DNA from: a virus
Length of the DNA stretch: 64,000 nucleotides
Direction: 5' to 3' (one strand)
Virus record (IMG/VR): IMGVR_UViG_3300045988_163768
The notes beneath the pieces were generated by a model. That model had not been told where the DNA came from, did no database searches, and saw only the letters and a list, made by a program, of their open reading frames with translations. Below, piece after piece: positions 54,192 to 62,826 of this stretch (within the stretch, counting starts at the first letter, position 1; each line of letters begins with the position of its first letter). Made by a program: the position numbers and the translations under genes.

Positions 54192-55184
54192 GAATAGAGA
54201 GAGAATTTTTGCCACGATAATATGGGGAAATTGCGGGGATAGAATATAATCAATAAAGACTAAGTTATAATAGCGATATTATAATGGCAAGTAGTAATGT
54301 GCTTGGTATAGTAAAACGTTTATTGTAGTTCCAATCCGCAGCCAAGTGTCTCACGGAGACAAAGGTTCAACGACTAGGTTTTATAACCGTAGATTTTATA
54401 ATCGAAATACCCGTAGGTATTTAGGAGGAATAATTATGGAAAAACAAGAAATTTGGAAAAAAATTTTAATTAACGGTCAAGAAACTTTTTATAGTGTATC
54501 TAATTATGGTAATGTGCGTAATGATTCAACTAAAACCTTATTAGGAGGATCAGTTACTAATAATGGTTATCGTATGGTGCATTTACGTTATCGAATAGAT
54601 AAGAATTGCTCAGTTCATAGATTGGTTATGAAAGCATTTAAACCTTGTGAAGAGATGGATGAATTGCAAGTTAATCATATAGATGGAAATAAATTAAATA
54701 ATAATATAGATAATTTAGAGTGGTCAACAGCATTAGAGAATATGCGTCATAGTTACACTAGTAATTTACAACAACATGAAATGAAAGAATGTCATCAATA
54801 TGATTTAAGTGGCAATTACATTCAGTCTTTTGTAAATGGTTATGAAGCTGCACAAAAGCTTAATTTGGATTACACTAGTATATGGAGATGTATAACAGAA
54901 CAACAGCAGCATTATAAACAATATCAGTTTAAATCGTATAAAAAAGATAAGATCAACTGTTGGAGTAATTCAAACAAGAAAATAGTTTATGTATATGATA
55001 ATAATGGTAATTTTATTGACTCTTATAATTCACAAAAAGAGTGTGCTAAAGCTTTTGGAGTTGCACCTTCATCTATTTGCCGATATTTAAAAGGTATTCG
55101 TAAATTAAAAGGTTTTGTTTTTTCTGATATTCCTTTATAAATATTTGAAGATATAGTCTGATGTATTATATTATATAATATATG
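54192..55184 (+). mobile_element. group I-type intron (993 nt) carrying an HNH homing endonuclease gene
   Basis: Exon 1 ends T, insert ends G; rejoined Walker A reads GEPKSG|KTT. Confidence 0.55.
54436..55140 (+). CDS. intron-encoded HNH homing endonuclease with C-terminal DNA-binding module
   Basis: HRLVMKAF...QVNHIDGNKLNNNIDNLEW, an HNH_3 signature; RBS TTAGGAGGAATAATTATG. Confidence 0.7.
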   Translation: MEKQEIWKKILINGQETFYSVSNYGNVRNDSTKTLLGGSVTNNGYRMVHLRYRIDKNCSVHRLVMKAFKPCEEMDELQVNHIDGNKLNNNIDNLEWSTALENMRHSYTSNLQQHEMKECHQYDLSGNYIQSFVNGYEAAQKLNLDYTSIWRCITEQQQHYKQYQFKSYKKDKINCWSNSNKKIVYVYDNNGNFIDSYNSQKECAKAFGVAPSSICRYLKGIRKLKGFVFSDIPL

Positions 55185-56123
55185 AAAACGACGATCGCAA
55201 CCAAGTTTCCCCGCCACCTGTTACTGGCTTTTGAAAAAGGATACAATGCGATTCCTGGAGCAATGGCTCAGCCAATTAACACCTGGGCGGAATTTAGAAA
55301 AGTACTGAGACAATTAAAAGATGAAAAAGTAAAAGAACAGTTCGAAACAGTTATTATAGACACGGCAGACATCGCATATGATTTATGCGAGAAGTATATT
55401 TGTGCTAATGCGAAAAGACCAGATGGCGGATTCGGAGTAGATTCTGTTAGTGATATCCCATTCGGGAAGGGGTATACTCAAGTCGCTAAAGAATATGATG
55501 AATGTTTACGTTCTATTATTCAAATGGATTACGGTTTAGTTTTAATTAGTCACTCAGTAGATAAAACTTTTAAAGATGAGCAAGGTCAAGAGTATAATCA
55601 GATCGTTCCTACCTTAGGAAATAAACCTAGAGCGATTGTATCTCGAATGTGCGATATTATAGGCTATTCTCGTAGTGTTCAAGATGAAGAAGGTAAAACT
55701 TCAACTAAGTTATTTATGCGTGGAACGCCAAGATATATTGCAGGCTCTCGTTTTAAATATACTCCAGATTACATTGATTTTAATTATCAAAGCTTAGTTG
55801 ATGCTATTGGCATGGCTATTGATAAACAAATGGAAGAAGATGGAAGTGAGTATTTTACAGACGAAAGATCAAACTTATATAAAGACACAAGAGCAGAATT
55901 AGATTTTGATGAATTATTGAATAGTTTCAATACTATTGTAAATGATTTAATCATGCAAAAATCTAATGAGGAATTTAAAGAATATTGGCAGCCTAGAATC
56001 GTTCAAATTACAGATAGATATTTGGGAAAAGGTATGAAAGTTAGTCAATGTTCAAGAGATCAAGTTGAGGCTTTAGATTTGATTGTCACTGATTTAAAAG
56101 AATTAATAAAAAGTGTGGATTAG
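55185..56123 (+). CDS. AAA_24/RecA-like ATPase, exon 2
   Basis: KTTIATKF...VIIDTADI..DLCE.., an AAA_24-like core lacking its own Walker A, which exon 1 supplies. Confidence 0.55.
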   Translation, partial: KTTIATKFPRHLLLAFEKGYNAIPGAMAQPINTWAEFRKVLRQLKDEKVKEQFETVIIDTADIAYDLCEKYICANAKRPDGGFGVDSVSDIPFGKGYTQVAKEYDECLRSIIQMDYGLVLISHSVDKTFKDEQGQEYNQIVPTLGNKPRAIVSRMCDIIGYSRSVQDEEGKTSTKLFMRGTPRYIAGSRFKYTPDYIDFNYQSLVDAIGMAIDKQMEEDGSEYFTDERSNLYKDTRAELDFDELLNSFNTIVNDLIMQKSNEEFKEYWQPRIVQITDRYLGKGMKVSQCSRDQVEALDLIVTDLKELIKSVD

Positions 56124-56136
56124 TCCACACTTTTTT
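56113..56136 (+). terminator. rho-independent terminator
   Basis: GTGTGGATTAGTCCACAC followed by TTTTTT. Confidence 0.65.
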
Positions 56137-56163
56137 GATATTTATTAAAAAATATGTTATAAT
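56135..56163 (+). promoter_or_regulatory. promoter
   Basis: TTGATA, 17 nt, then TGTTATAAT. Confidence 0.5.
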
Positions 56164-56191
56164 ATTTGTAGAAAGAAATAAGGAGTTTTAA

Positions 56192-56707
56192 ATGAGCCAT
56201 TTTGTAACGTGTATTTATTGTAAAAAACGTTTTGATAGAGATAAAATAGAAACAACTCAAATTTCTGCAAGAAGATATGCACATAAAGAATGTGCGGAAA
56301 AGAATCAAAAGGAAAAAAGTCAGGAAGAACAAGACTTAGAAAAATTAGAGCAATATATTATGAAATTGTTTGATGAACCTTATATTAACGCTAGAATTAA
56401 AAAACAAATTAAAGATTACAAAGCTATGTATAATTATACTTATAGTGGAATGTTAAAATCTTTGATTTGGTTTTATGAAATTAAAGGAAATTCAATAGAA
56501 AAAGCGAACGGCGGGATTGGTATTATCCCTTTTATATACAAGGATGCTTTACAATATTATTATAGCTTGTATTTAGCGAAATTATCAAATGAAAATAAGA
56601 ATATTGAAGAATACAAACCTAAAATAAAATATATAGAAATTACCCCTCCTTCCGCGATTCGAAAGATGAAAAGGCTATTTAATTTAGACAGTAAGGAGGA
56701 AGAATGA
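56192..56707 (+). CDS. zinc-ribbon protein upstream of DnaB (possible helicase loader or accessory)
   Basis: N-terminal CIYCKKRFDRD...RRYAHKEC is the same motif as the N-terminus of the AAA+ protein at 29427. Confidence 0.4.
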   Translation: MSHFVTCIYCKKRFDRDKIETTQISARRYAHKECAEKNQKEKSQEEQDLEKLEQYIMKLFDEPYINARIKKQIKDYKAMYNYTYSGMLKSLIWFYEIKGNSIEKANGGIGIIPFIYKDALQYYYSLYLAKLSNENKNIEEYKPKIKYIEITPPSAIRKMKRLFNLDSKEEE

Positions 56708-56708
56708 A

Positions 56709-58247
56709 GTGGGAAAATATGTAGATATCCCATCTATTATTCAAGTTATTGGGGGAATTTATTTAAACCCTAATTTACTAGATGAAGATGGAAAATACTT
56801 TTTTAATGAAGAAGATTTTACAGAAGAATTTCATAAAATTCTTTTTGGGTCTATATATAATTTACATGAATTAGGTGCTAAAGAAATTTCTATCAATGCG
56901 ATAGAAGATTATTTAGAGCAAAGACCAAAAAGCTATGCAGTTTATAAGGCTAATAAGGGACAAGAATATCTTCAAAAATTAAGTAAATCAGTACAATTAG
57001 CGGCTTTTGATTTCTATTATAATAGAATGAAAAAGATGACTCTGCTAAGAATGTATCAAAGTATAGGAATGGACTTATCATGGCTATATGATATAGATAA
57101 CATCATGGATGTTAAAAAGAAACAAGCTCAAGAAGATTGGTTAGACAACTCATCTATTGAAGATATCGCAGAGATCATTGACAAAAAAATTACTGATATA
57201 AGATTAAAGTATGTAGATGATGCTTCTAATGGTGCGGAACTAGCAGGCAATGGGGCATTAGAACTGCTCGAACGCTTAAGAGAGACCCCTGAAGCAGGAT
57301 ATCCTTTATTCGGACCCTTGATAAATACTGTAACTAGAGGGGCTAGATTAAAGAAATTTTATTTGCGATCAGCCGCAACTGGAGTAGGAAAAACAAGAGC
57401 GATGATCGCAGACGCATGCTCTATTGCCTGCGATGAAATTTATGATTCTAAAGAAGAAAAATGGATTTCAAATGGAACTAAAGAACCAACAATCTTTATT
57501 TCAACAGAACAAGAGAAAGATGAAATTCAGACTATGATAATTGCTTTTTTATCTGATGTAGATGAAGAGCATATTATTTCTGGAGAATATTATGCTGGAG
57601 AATGGGAGCGTGTTATTTACGCGGCAAATCTTTTAAAGAGATGTCCATTATATATAGAACAATTACCAGATTTTTCTCTAAAAGATATTGAGAATACTAT
57701 TAAACGTGGAGTTAGAGAATATGATGTTAAATATGTATTCTTCGATTACATACATACAAGCATGAAAATTCTAAGTGAAGTTTCGTCTAAAACTGGAGTG
57801 AGAGGATTGAGAGAGGATAATATCCTTTTTATGATTTCAATCCGTTTAAAAGATATGTGTAACCAGTATGGTATTTTTATTATGACAGCAACTCAGTTAA
57901 ATAGTAGTTATATAACAGCTCAGCAATATGACCAAAATCTTTTAAGAGGAGCTAAGTCTATTGCTGATAAAATTGATTGTGGTATGATTATGCTTGAAGT
58001 TGATAATGATGATCGTACGGCTTTAGAAAATGTTTTAGCTCAAGGCGGATTTGAGACTCCTCAAATTAAAATATCTATTTATAAAAATCGTAGGGGTAGA
58101 TATAAAGGAATTTTATTGTGGTGTAAGGCGAATAGAAGTGTTTGTAAAATTGAACCAATGTTCGCAACAAATTATAATTACGAGTTAATTCCAATAGAAG
58201 ATTTAAAAATAAAAGTTAAATCTAATAATAAAGAATCTGCATTTTAA
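56709..58247 (+). CDS. replicative DNA helicase, DnaB-like
   Basis: Walker A AATGVGKT, Walker B FFDYIH, TATQLNS motif. Confidence 0.7.
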   Translation: MGKYVDIPSIIQVIGGIYLNPNLLDEDGKYFFNEEDFTEEFHKILFGSIYNLHELGAKEISINAIEDYLEQRPKSYAVYKANKGQEYLQKLSKSVQLAAFDFYYNRMKKMTLLRMYQSIGMDLSWLYDIDNIMDVKKKQAQEDWLDNSSIEDIAEIIDKKITDIRLKYVDDASNGAELAGNGALELLERLRETPEAGYPLFGPLINTVTRGARLKKFYLRSAATGVGKTRAMIADACSIACDEIYDSKEEKWISNGTKEPTIFISTEQEKDEIQTMIIAFLSDVDEEHIISGEYYAGEWERVIYAANLLKRCPLYIEQLPDFSLKDIENTIKRGVREYDVKYVFFDYIHTSMKILSEVSSKTGVRGLREDNILFMISIRLKDMCNQYGIFIMTATQLNSSYITAQQYDQNLLRGAKSIADKIDCGMIMLEVDNDDRTALENVLAQGGFETPQIKISIYKNRRGRYKGILLWCKANRSVCKIEPMFATNYNYELIPIEDLKIKVKSNNKESAF

Positions 58248-58321
58248 AGCAAATCGAGAACATATCCTTATATTTTTATCTTTTAAAATTTTATATCTTA
58301 AAAAGAAGAGTAGTAATAAAT

Positions 58322-58535
58322 TATGGGTAAGTTTGTAGATTTAACAGGTAAAAAATTTGGAAAATTAGCTGGTCTTAAAGAGAAGTCCTAAAAAAGTAAA
58401 AATATTTATTATGATTGTCAATGTGAATGTGGAAATCTTAGAACAGTTGATGGAACTTCCTTACGAACAGGGCATACAACTTCTTGTGGGTGTATTAATT
58501 ATTCCATAGGAGAAAAAATATTGAAAATATATTAA
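58322..58535 (+). pseudogene. degenerate homing-endonuclease-like gene (frameshifted)
   Basis: MGKFVDLTGKKFGKLAGLKEKS then stop; continues in another frame as YYDCQCECGN...GHTTSCGC after an A-run; typical N-terminal motif of phage HNH/AP2 endonucleases. Confidence 0.45.
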
Positions 58536-58771
58536 AGAGTATAAACCAGTGGAATTAAAAAATAAAAGATTTGATTTTACTTACTAGAGATAATGATAAT
58601 AAAATTATTTTATTAATTGAATTTGACGGTAGACAGCCTTATGATATCAATACAAAATATTATAGTGAGAAAAACAACACCAAAATGACATGGTAAAAAA
58701 TCAATGGTGTCAAAATAATCATATTTCTTTAATAAGAATACTATATACAGAAAGAGATAAAGGAGTATAAT

Positions 58772-58987
58772 ATGTGGATTTATTGGAAAGAGCAATGTAA
58801 ATATTGTAAAAATCAAGGTAAATGTGGATATGAAGAAAAAGTAAAAAAATATATAGAAGATTTATCTGCCGTTGAAAGTAAAGGTATTTATGGTACATTA
58901 AATTTTAAATGTGATTATAATGTAATTGATGAAGATTTATATTATAAAAATAATCCTGGAGAGAATCAGGGTCATTGTCAGGGATAA
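58772..58987 (+). CDS. hypothetical Cys-rich small protein
   Basis: RBS AAAGGAGTATAATATG. Confidence 0.4.
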   Translation: MWIYWKEQCKYCKNQGKCGYEEKVKKYIEDLSAVESKGIYGTLNFKCDYNVIDEDLYYKNNPGENQGHCQG

Positions 58988-58991
58988 AAAT

Positions 58992-59261
58992 ATGGGACAG
59001 ATGATATTAGTAGATGAGAATGAATATTATAAATTTAAAAGAGATGCAGAAATATGTAATTTATTAATTAAAAAATTAGATGAAGAATGTAAAATTCTAT
59101 ATTCAGATATTCCATATTGGTGTGACTATGGAACTAATGCGGATGTCGCATTTATTCAAATAGATACTATGTCACATGATATTAAAAAATATCAAAATAA
59201 AGGTTTAATTAATAGTATAAAAAATTTGTATAAGTTTTTAAAGGACAACAAATATGTATAA
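58992..59261 (+). CDS. hypothetical protein
   Basis: Internal ATG chosen; 8-nt overlap with the primase start. Confidence 0.4.
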   Translation: MGQMILVDENEYYKFKRDAEICNLLIKKLDEECKILYSDIPYWCDYGTNADVAFIQIDTMSHDIKKYQNKGLINSIKNLYKFLKDNKYV

Positions 59262-60390
59262 GTATGATAAAGATGAATTAAAAATAAATCTTTCAATAGA
59301 GCAGGTATTTGAATTAGTGGCGGAATTAGGCGGAGAGCCAAAAATGGAAAATGGTTTTTTTATTTCTAAAACAATATGTCATAATCATGCTGGAGAAGGC
59401 TCTTATAAATTATACTATTATGACAATACTAAACTTTTTAGATGTTATACTGATTGTGGGATTAGTTTTGATATATATGAACTTGTAAAAAAAATAAAAA
59501 ACAACAACAAGGACTTAAAAGTTTACTATAGTAAAGAAGGAAAGACTTGTTATCGAGAATGGGAACTTTTTGATGCTGTTGAATTTGTTGCAATATATTA
59601 TGGATATTCACCAAAAACATTTGATTTTCAAAAGATTCAAGAGAAATTAAAAGATTGGGAAGTTCTTAATAATTATGAGCAAATAAACAAAGATGAACAA
59701 GAGCAAAGAGTAGAATTAAGAATTTTTGATAATAAAATTTTACAGTATTTACCTCGTCCGCGAATAATAACTTGGGAACAAGAGGGAATAAAAAAGGAGG
59801 TAATGGATCATAGGGGCATCGCCTATGATCCTAAAAACCAAGGTATAGTAATTCCGCATTATGATATAAATAATCAATTAGTTGGAATAAGAGAAAGAAC
59901 TTTAATTAAAGAAGAAGAAAATTTTGGAAAATATCGACCAGCTATTCTAAATGGAGTTATGTATAACCACCCTCTAGGCTTTAACTTATATAATCTTAAC
60001 AATAGTAAAAATAATATAAAAATAATTAAAAAAGTTATTGTTTATGAAGGAGAAAAATCATCTCTTCTATACGCAAGTTTTTTTGGCGAAGAAAATGATA
60101 TTAGTGTCGCAGTTTGCGGCAGCTCTTTAATTACCTACCAAGTCAAGCTATTGTTATCTTTAGGAGTCGAAGAAATAATTATTGCTTTTGATAAACAATT
60201 TAAAGAGATCGGGGATAAAGAATGGGAGAGATGGACAAAAAAACTTTATGATATTCATACAAAATATGGTGCATATGTTCAAATTAGCTATTTGTTTGAT
60301 AAAAAAGACTTATTAGATTATAAAGATAGTCCAGTCGACAAAGGAAAGGAAACTTTTTTAAAATTATTTAAAAATAGAATTATGTTATAG
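59254..60390 (+). CDS. DNA primase (DnaG-like zinc-binding and Toprim domains)
   Basis: CHC2 zinc finger CHNH...CYTDCG; Toprim acidic motifs VYEGEKS and IAFDKQ. Confidence 0.65.
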   Translation: MYKYDKDELKINLSIEQVFELVAELGGEPKMENGFFISKTICHNHAGEGSYKLYYYDNTKLFRCYTDCGISFDIYELVKKIKNNNKDLKVYYSKEGKTCYREWELFDAVEFVAIYYGYSPKTFDFQKIQEKLKDWEVLNNYEQINKDEQEQRVELRIFDNKILQYLPRPRIITWEQEGIKKEVMDHRGIAYDPKNQGIVIPHYDINNQLVGIRERTLIKEEENFGKYRPAILNGVMYNHPLGFNLYNLNNSKNNIKIIKKVIVYEGEKSSLLYASFFGEENDISVAVCGSSLITYQVKLLLSLGVEEIIIAFDKQFKEIGDKEWERWTKKLYDIHTKYGAYVQISYLFDKKDLLDYKDSPVDKGKETFLKLFKNRIML

Positions 60391-60651
60391 CGATGTCCGA
60401 TAGATTTGGGTACTTTTATATAGTTTATTAAAGAAAGATACTATAGTAAGCCATCTTATGAGTCATTAGAGAGTTCTTTGTCTTGGATGGAAATTATTAT
60501 TAGAGAAAATAATATTAAAAAAAATAGCAATGCCGAAAATTAGATGTGAATTAGATAAATTAAAATGGAATAAAGTAAAAGAAATATTATTTAATGTATT
60601 TTAAAAATATAGATGTTGAAATTTTAGTTTATTATTTATAAGGAGAGTATT

Positions 60652-60897
60652 ATGATTAAAATAATAAGAAAAGGAACAAGAAAAATTCAAGAATGTAAGG
60701 AATGTGGATGTTTATTTAGTTATGAAAAAGAAGATGTAACAACAAAATCAAACTGTTTGGGCATCATGCCAGTTTATTATGAAAAATATATTAATTGTCC
60801 TCAATGTAAAAAAATATTACTTTGGAAGAAATTAAATGTCCTCAATGTGAAAAAAATATTACTTTGGAGGAAATTAAATGAAATACCAGTTAATTAA
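60652..60897 (+). CDS. small zinc-ribbon protein; 3' end formed by a 42-bp tandem duplication
   Basis: CKECGC...CPQC; repeat unit at 60797-60880. Confidence 0.4.
   Translation: MIKIIRKGTRKIQECKECGCLFSYEKEDVTTKSNCLGIMPVYYEKYINCPQCKKILLWKKLNVLNVKKILLWRKLNEIPVN
60797..60880 (+). repeat. 42-bp direct tandem duplication spanning the gene junction
   Basis: TCCTCAATGT(G)AAAAAAATATTACTTTGGA(A/G)GAAATTAAATG x2. Confidence 0.7.
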
Positions 60898-62677
60898 ACC
60901 TGTTAATTTAAAATATTCCGCGATAGAGCAAATTTTAACAAATCGTGGAATCAAACATGAAGATATTAAACATTATTTGAATACTACTGATAATGACATT
61001 TATTCGCCTTTAGAGTTAGGAGAAAAGGTATTAAAAGAAGGCGTTGCTGTACTTTTAAAAGCAATTTATAATAATACAAAAACTTTAATCATAGTAGATT
61101 CTGACTGTGATGGTTTTACTAGCAGTGCTGTTTTAATTAACTTTTTATATGACCATTTTCCGCGATATACTCTTTCAAAAGTAGAGTGGTTAGTTCATAG
61201 CGGGAAACAGCATGGATTAAAGGATTGTAAAGATATAATTCTTGAAAAAGACTATTCTTTAGTCATTTGCCCAGATTCTTCAAGTAACAATTTTGAAGAA
61301 CATAAAATGTTAAACGAGAAAGGGATAGATGTTTTAGTTCTAGACCATCATAAAGCTGATCATATAAGTGAAAATGCTATTGTTATAAATAATCAATTAA
61401 GTGACTATCCAAATAAACAGCTATCTGGTGTTGGTATAGTATGGCAATTTTGCAGATATATAGATTTAATTATGAAAACTAATTATGCCGAAGATTATGT
61501 AGATTTAGTTGCATTAGGTCTAATGGCAGATATGATGAGTATGACTTCTTTTGAGACTAGGCATTTAATTACAAAGGGATTTAAAAATGAAAATATCCAG
61601 AACCCTTTTATCGTATATATAGCAGATAGAAATAGTTATTCATTAGGAAAAAATATCACTCCTATGGGAGCTGCGTTTTACATTGCACCTTTTGTTAATG
61701 CTATTGCTAGAAGCGGTACTTTAGAAGAAAAACATATTGTTTTTAAATCAATGCTTAAATTTGAAGCTTCAAAAAAAATACCTTCTACAAAAAGGGGACA
61801 TAAAGAAGGAGAAGAAGAGCCATTAGTGCTTCAAGCAATTAGAACTGCAATCAATGTTAAAAATCGACAGACAAAAGCTCAAGATGTAGGAATGACACTC
61901 TTAGAAGATAAAATTGAAAAGAAACATTTATTAGATCACAAAGTGCTATTGTTTTTACTTAAACCAGGGGAGATCAATTCTAATATAGCTGGATTAATTG
62001 CGAATAAATTTATGTCAAAGTATCAAAGACCTTGTTGCATTTTAATTCAAGTTGAAGATGAAAATAAGATTTTTTATCAAGGTTCTGCGAGAGGATATGA
62101 GAAAGGCGGAGTTGCTAATTTTAAAAAATTGTGTGAATCCGCACCAGGGGTAGAATTCGCGGAAGGACATCCAAACGCCTTTGGTTTGAGTCTATATCTA
62201 GGTCAAAAAGACTATGATGAAGAAGTTTGGGGTGAATCTATACTTTTGTTTTTAGATTATACAGATGAAGTTCTTAAATTCATGTCGTCTGAACCAATTT
62301 ATTTAGTAGATTATATTTACGAAGGAAATCAAGTTAAAGTAGAAAATATTCTTGATATAGCTTCATTAGATTATCTTTGGGGAAAAGATATGGAAGAACC
62401 TTTAGTTGCGGTTAAAGGTTTAATAATTACAAAAGACATGATAACTTTAATGTCACCAGATAAAAAACCCACTTTAAAAATAACTTTACCAAATAATATT
62501 TCTTTAATTAAATTCAATTCTTCTCAAGAGGAATACGAAAAATTATCTTCAGAGGATGGATATGTAGCTATTGATTTGGTAGGTAAATGTAATAAGAATG
62601 AATGGCAAGGATATGTAAATCCTCAAATTTTTATTGAAGATTATGAAATTGTTGATTCTAGTCAATATTACTTTTAA
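60878..62677 (+). CDS. DHH-family phosphoesterase, RecJ-like exonuclease
   Basis: Motifs DSDCDG, LVLDHHKADH (DHH), GHPNAFG. Confidence 0.65.
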   Translation: MKYQLIKPVNLKYSAIEQILTNRGIKHEDIKHYLNTTDNDIYSPLELGEKVLKEGVAVLLKAIYNNTKTLIIVDSDCDGFTSSAVLINFLYDHFPRYTLSKVEWLVHSGKQHGLKDCKDIILEKDYSLVICPDSSSNNFEEHKMLNEKGIDVLVLDHHKADHISENAIVINNQLSDYPNKQLSGVGIVWQFCRYIDLIMKTNYAEDYVDLVALGLMADMMSMTSFETRHLITKGFKNENIQNPFIVYIADRNSYSLGKNITPMGAAFYIAPFVNAIARSGTLEEKHIVFKSMLKFEASKKIPSTKRGHKEGEEEPLVLQAIRTAINVKNRQTKAQDVGMTLLEDKIEKKHLLDHKVLLFLLKPGEINSNIAGLIANKFMSKYQRPCCILIQVEDENKIFYQGSARGYEKGGVANFKKLCESAPGVEFAEGHPNAFGLSLYLGQKDYDEEVWGESILLFLDYTDEVLKFMSSEPIYLVDYIYEGNQVKVENILDIASLDYLWGKDMEEPLVAVKGLIITKDMITLMSPDKKPTLKITLPNNISLIKFNSSQEEYEKLSSEDGYVAIDLVGKCNKNEWQGYVNPQIFIEDYEIVDSSQYYF

Positions 62678-62750
62678 CTACCGGGCGGTCTACGCCCGAC
62701 TCTGAGAACTGAAAGTGGTTTTGGATTTTTTTAGACCAAAAATTATTTTT

Positions 62751-62779
62751 TTGATTTTTCTTTAAAAAAATGTTATAAT
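62751..62779 (+). promoter_or_regulatory. promoter
   Basis: TTGATT, 17 nt, then TGTTATAAT. Confidence 0.5.
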
Positions 62780-62826
62780 ATAAGTAAAAGTATATATTTA
62801 TAAGATAAGATAAGGAAAGGTAAAAT

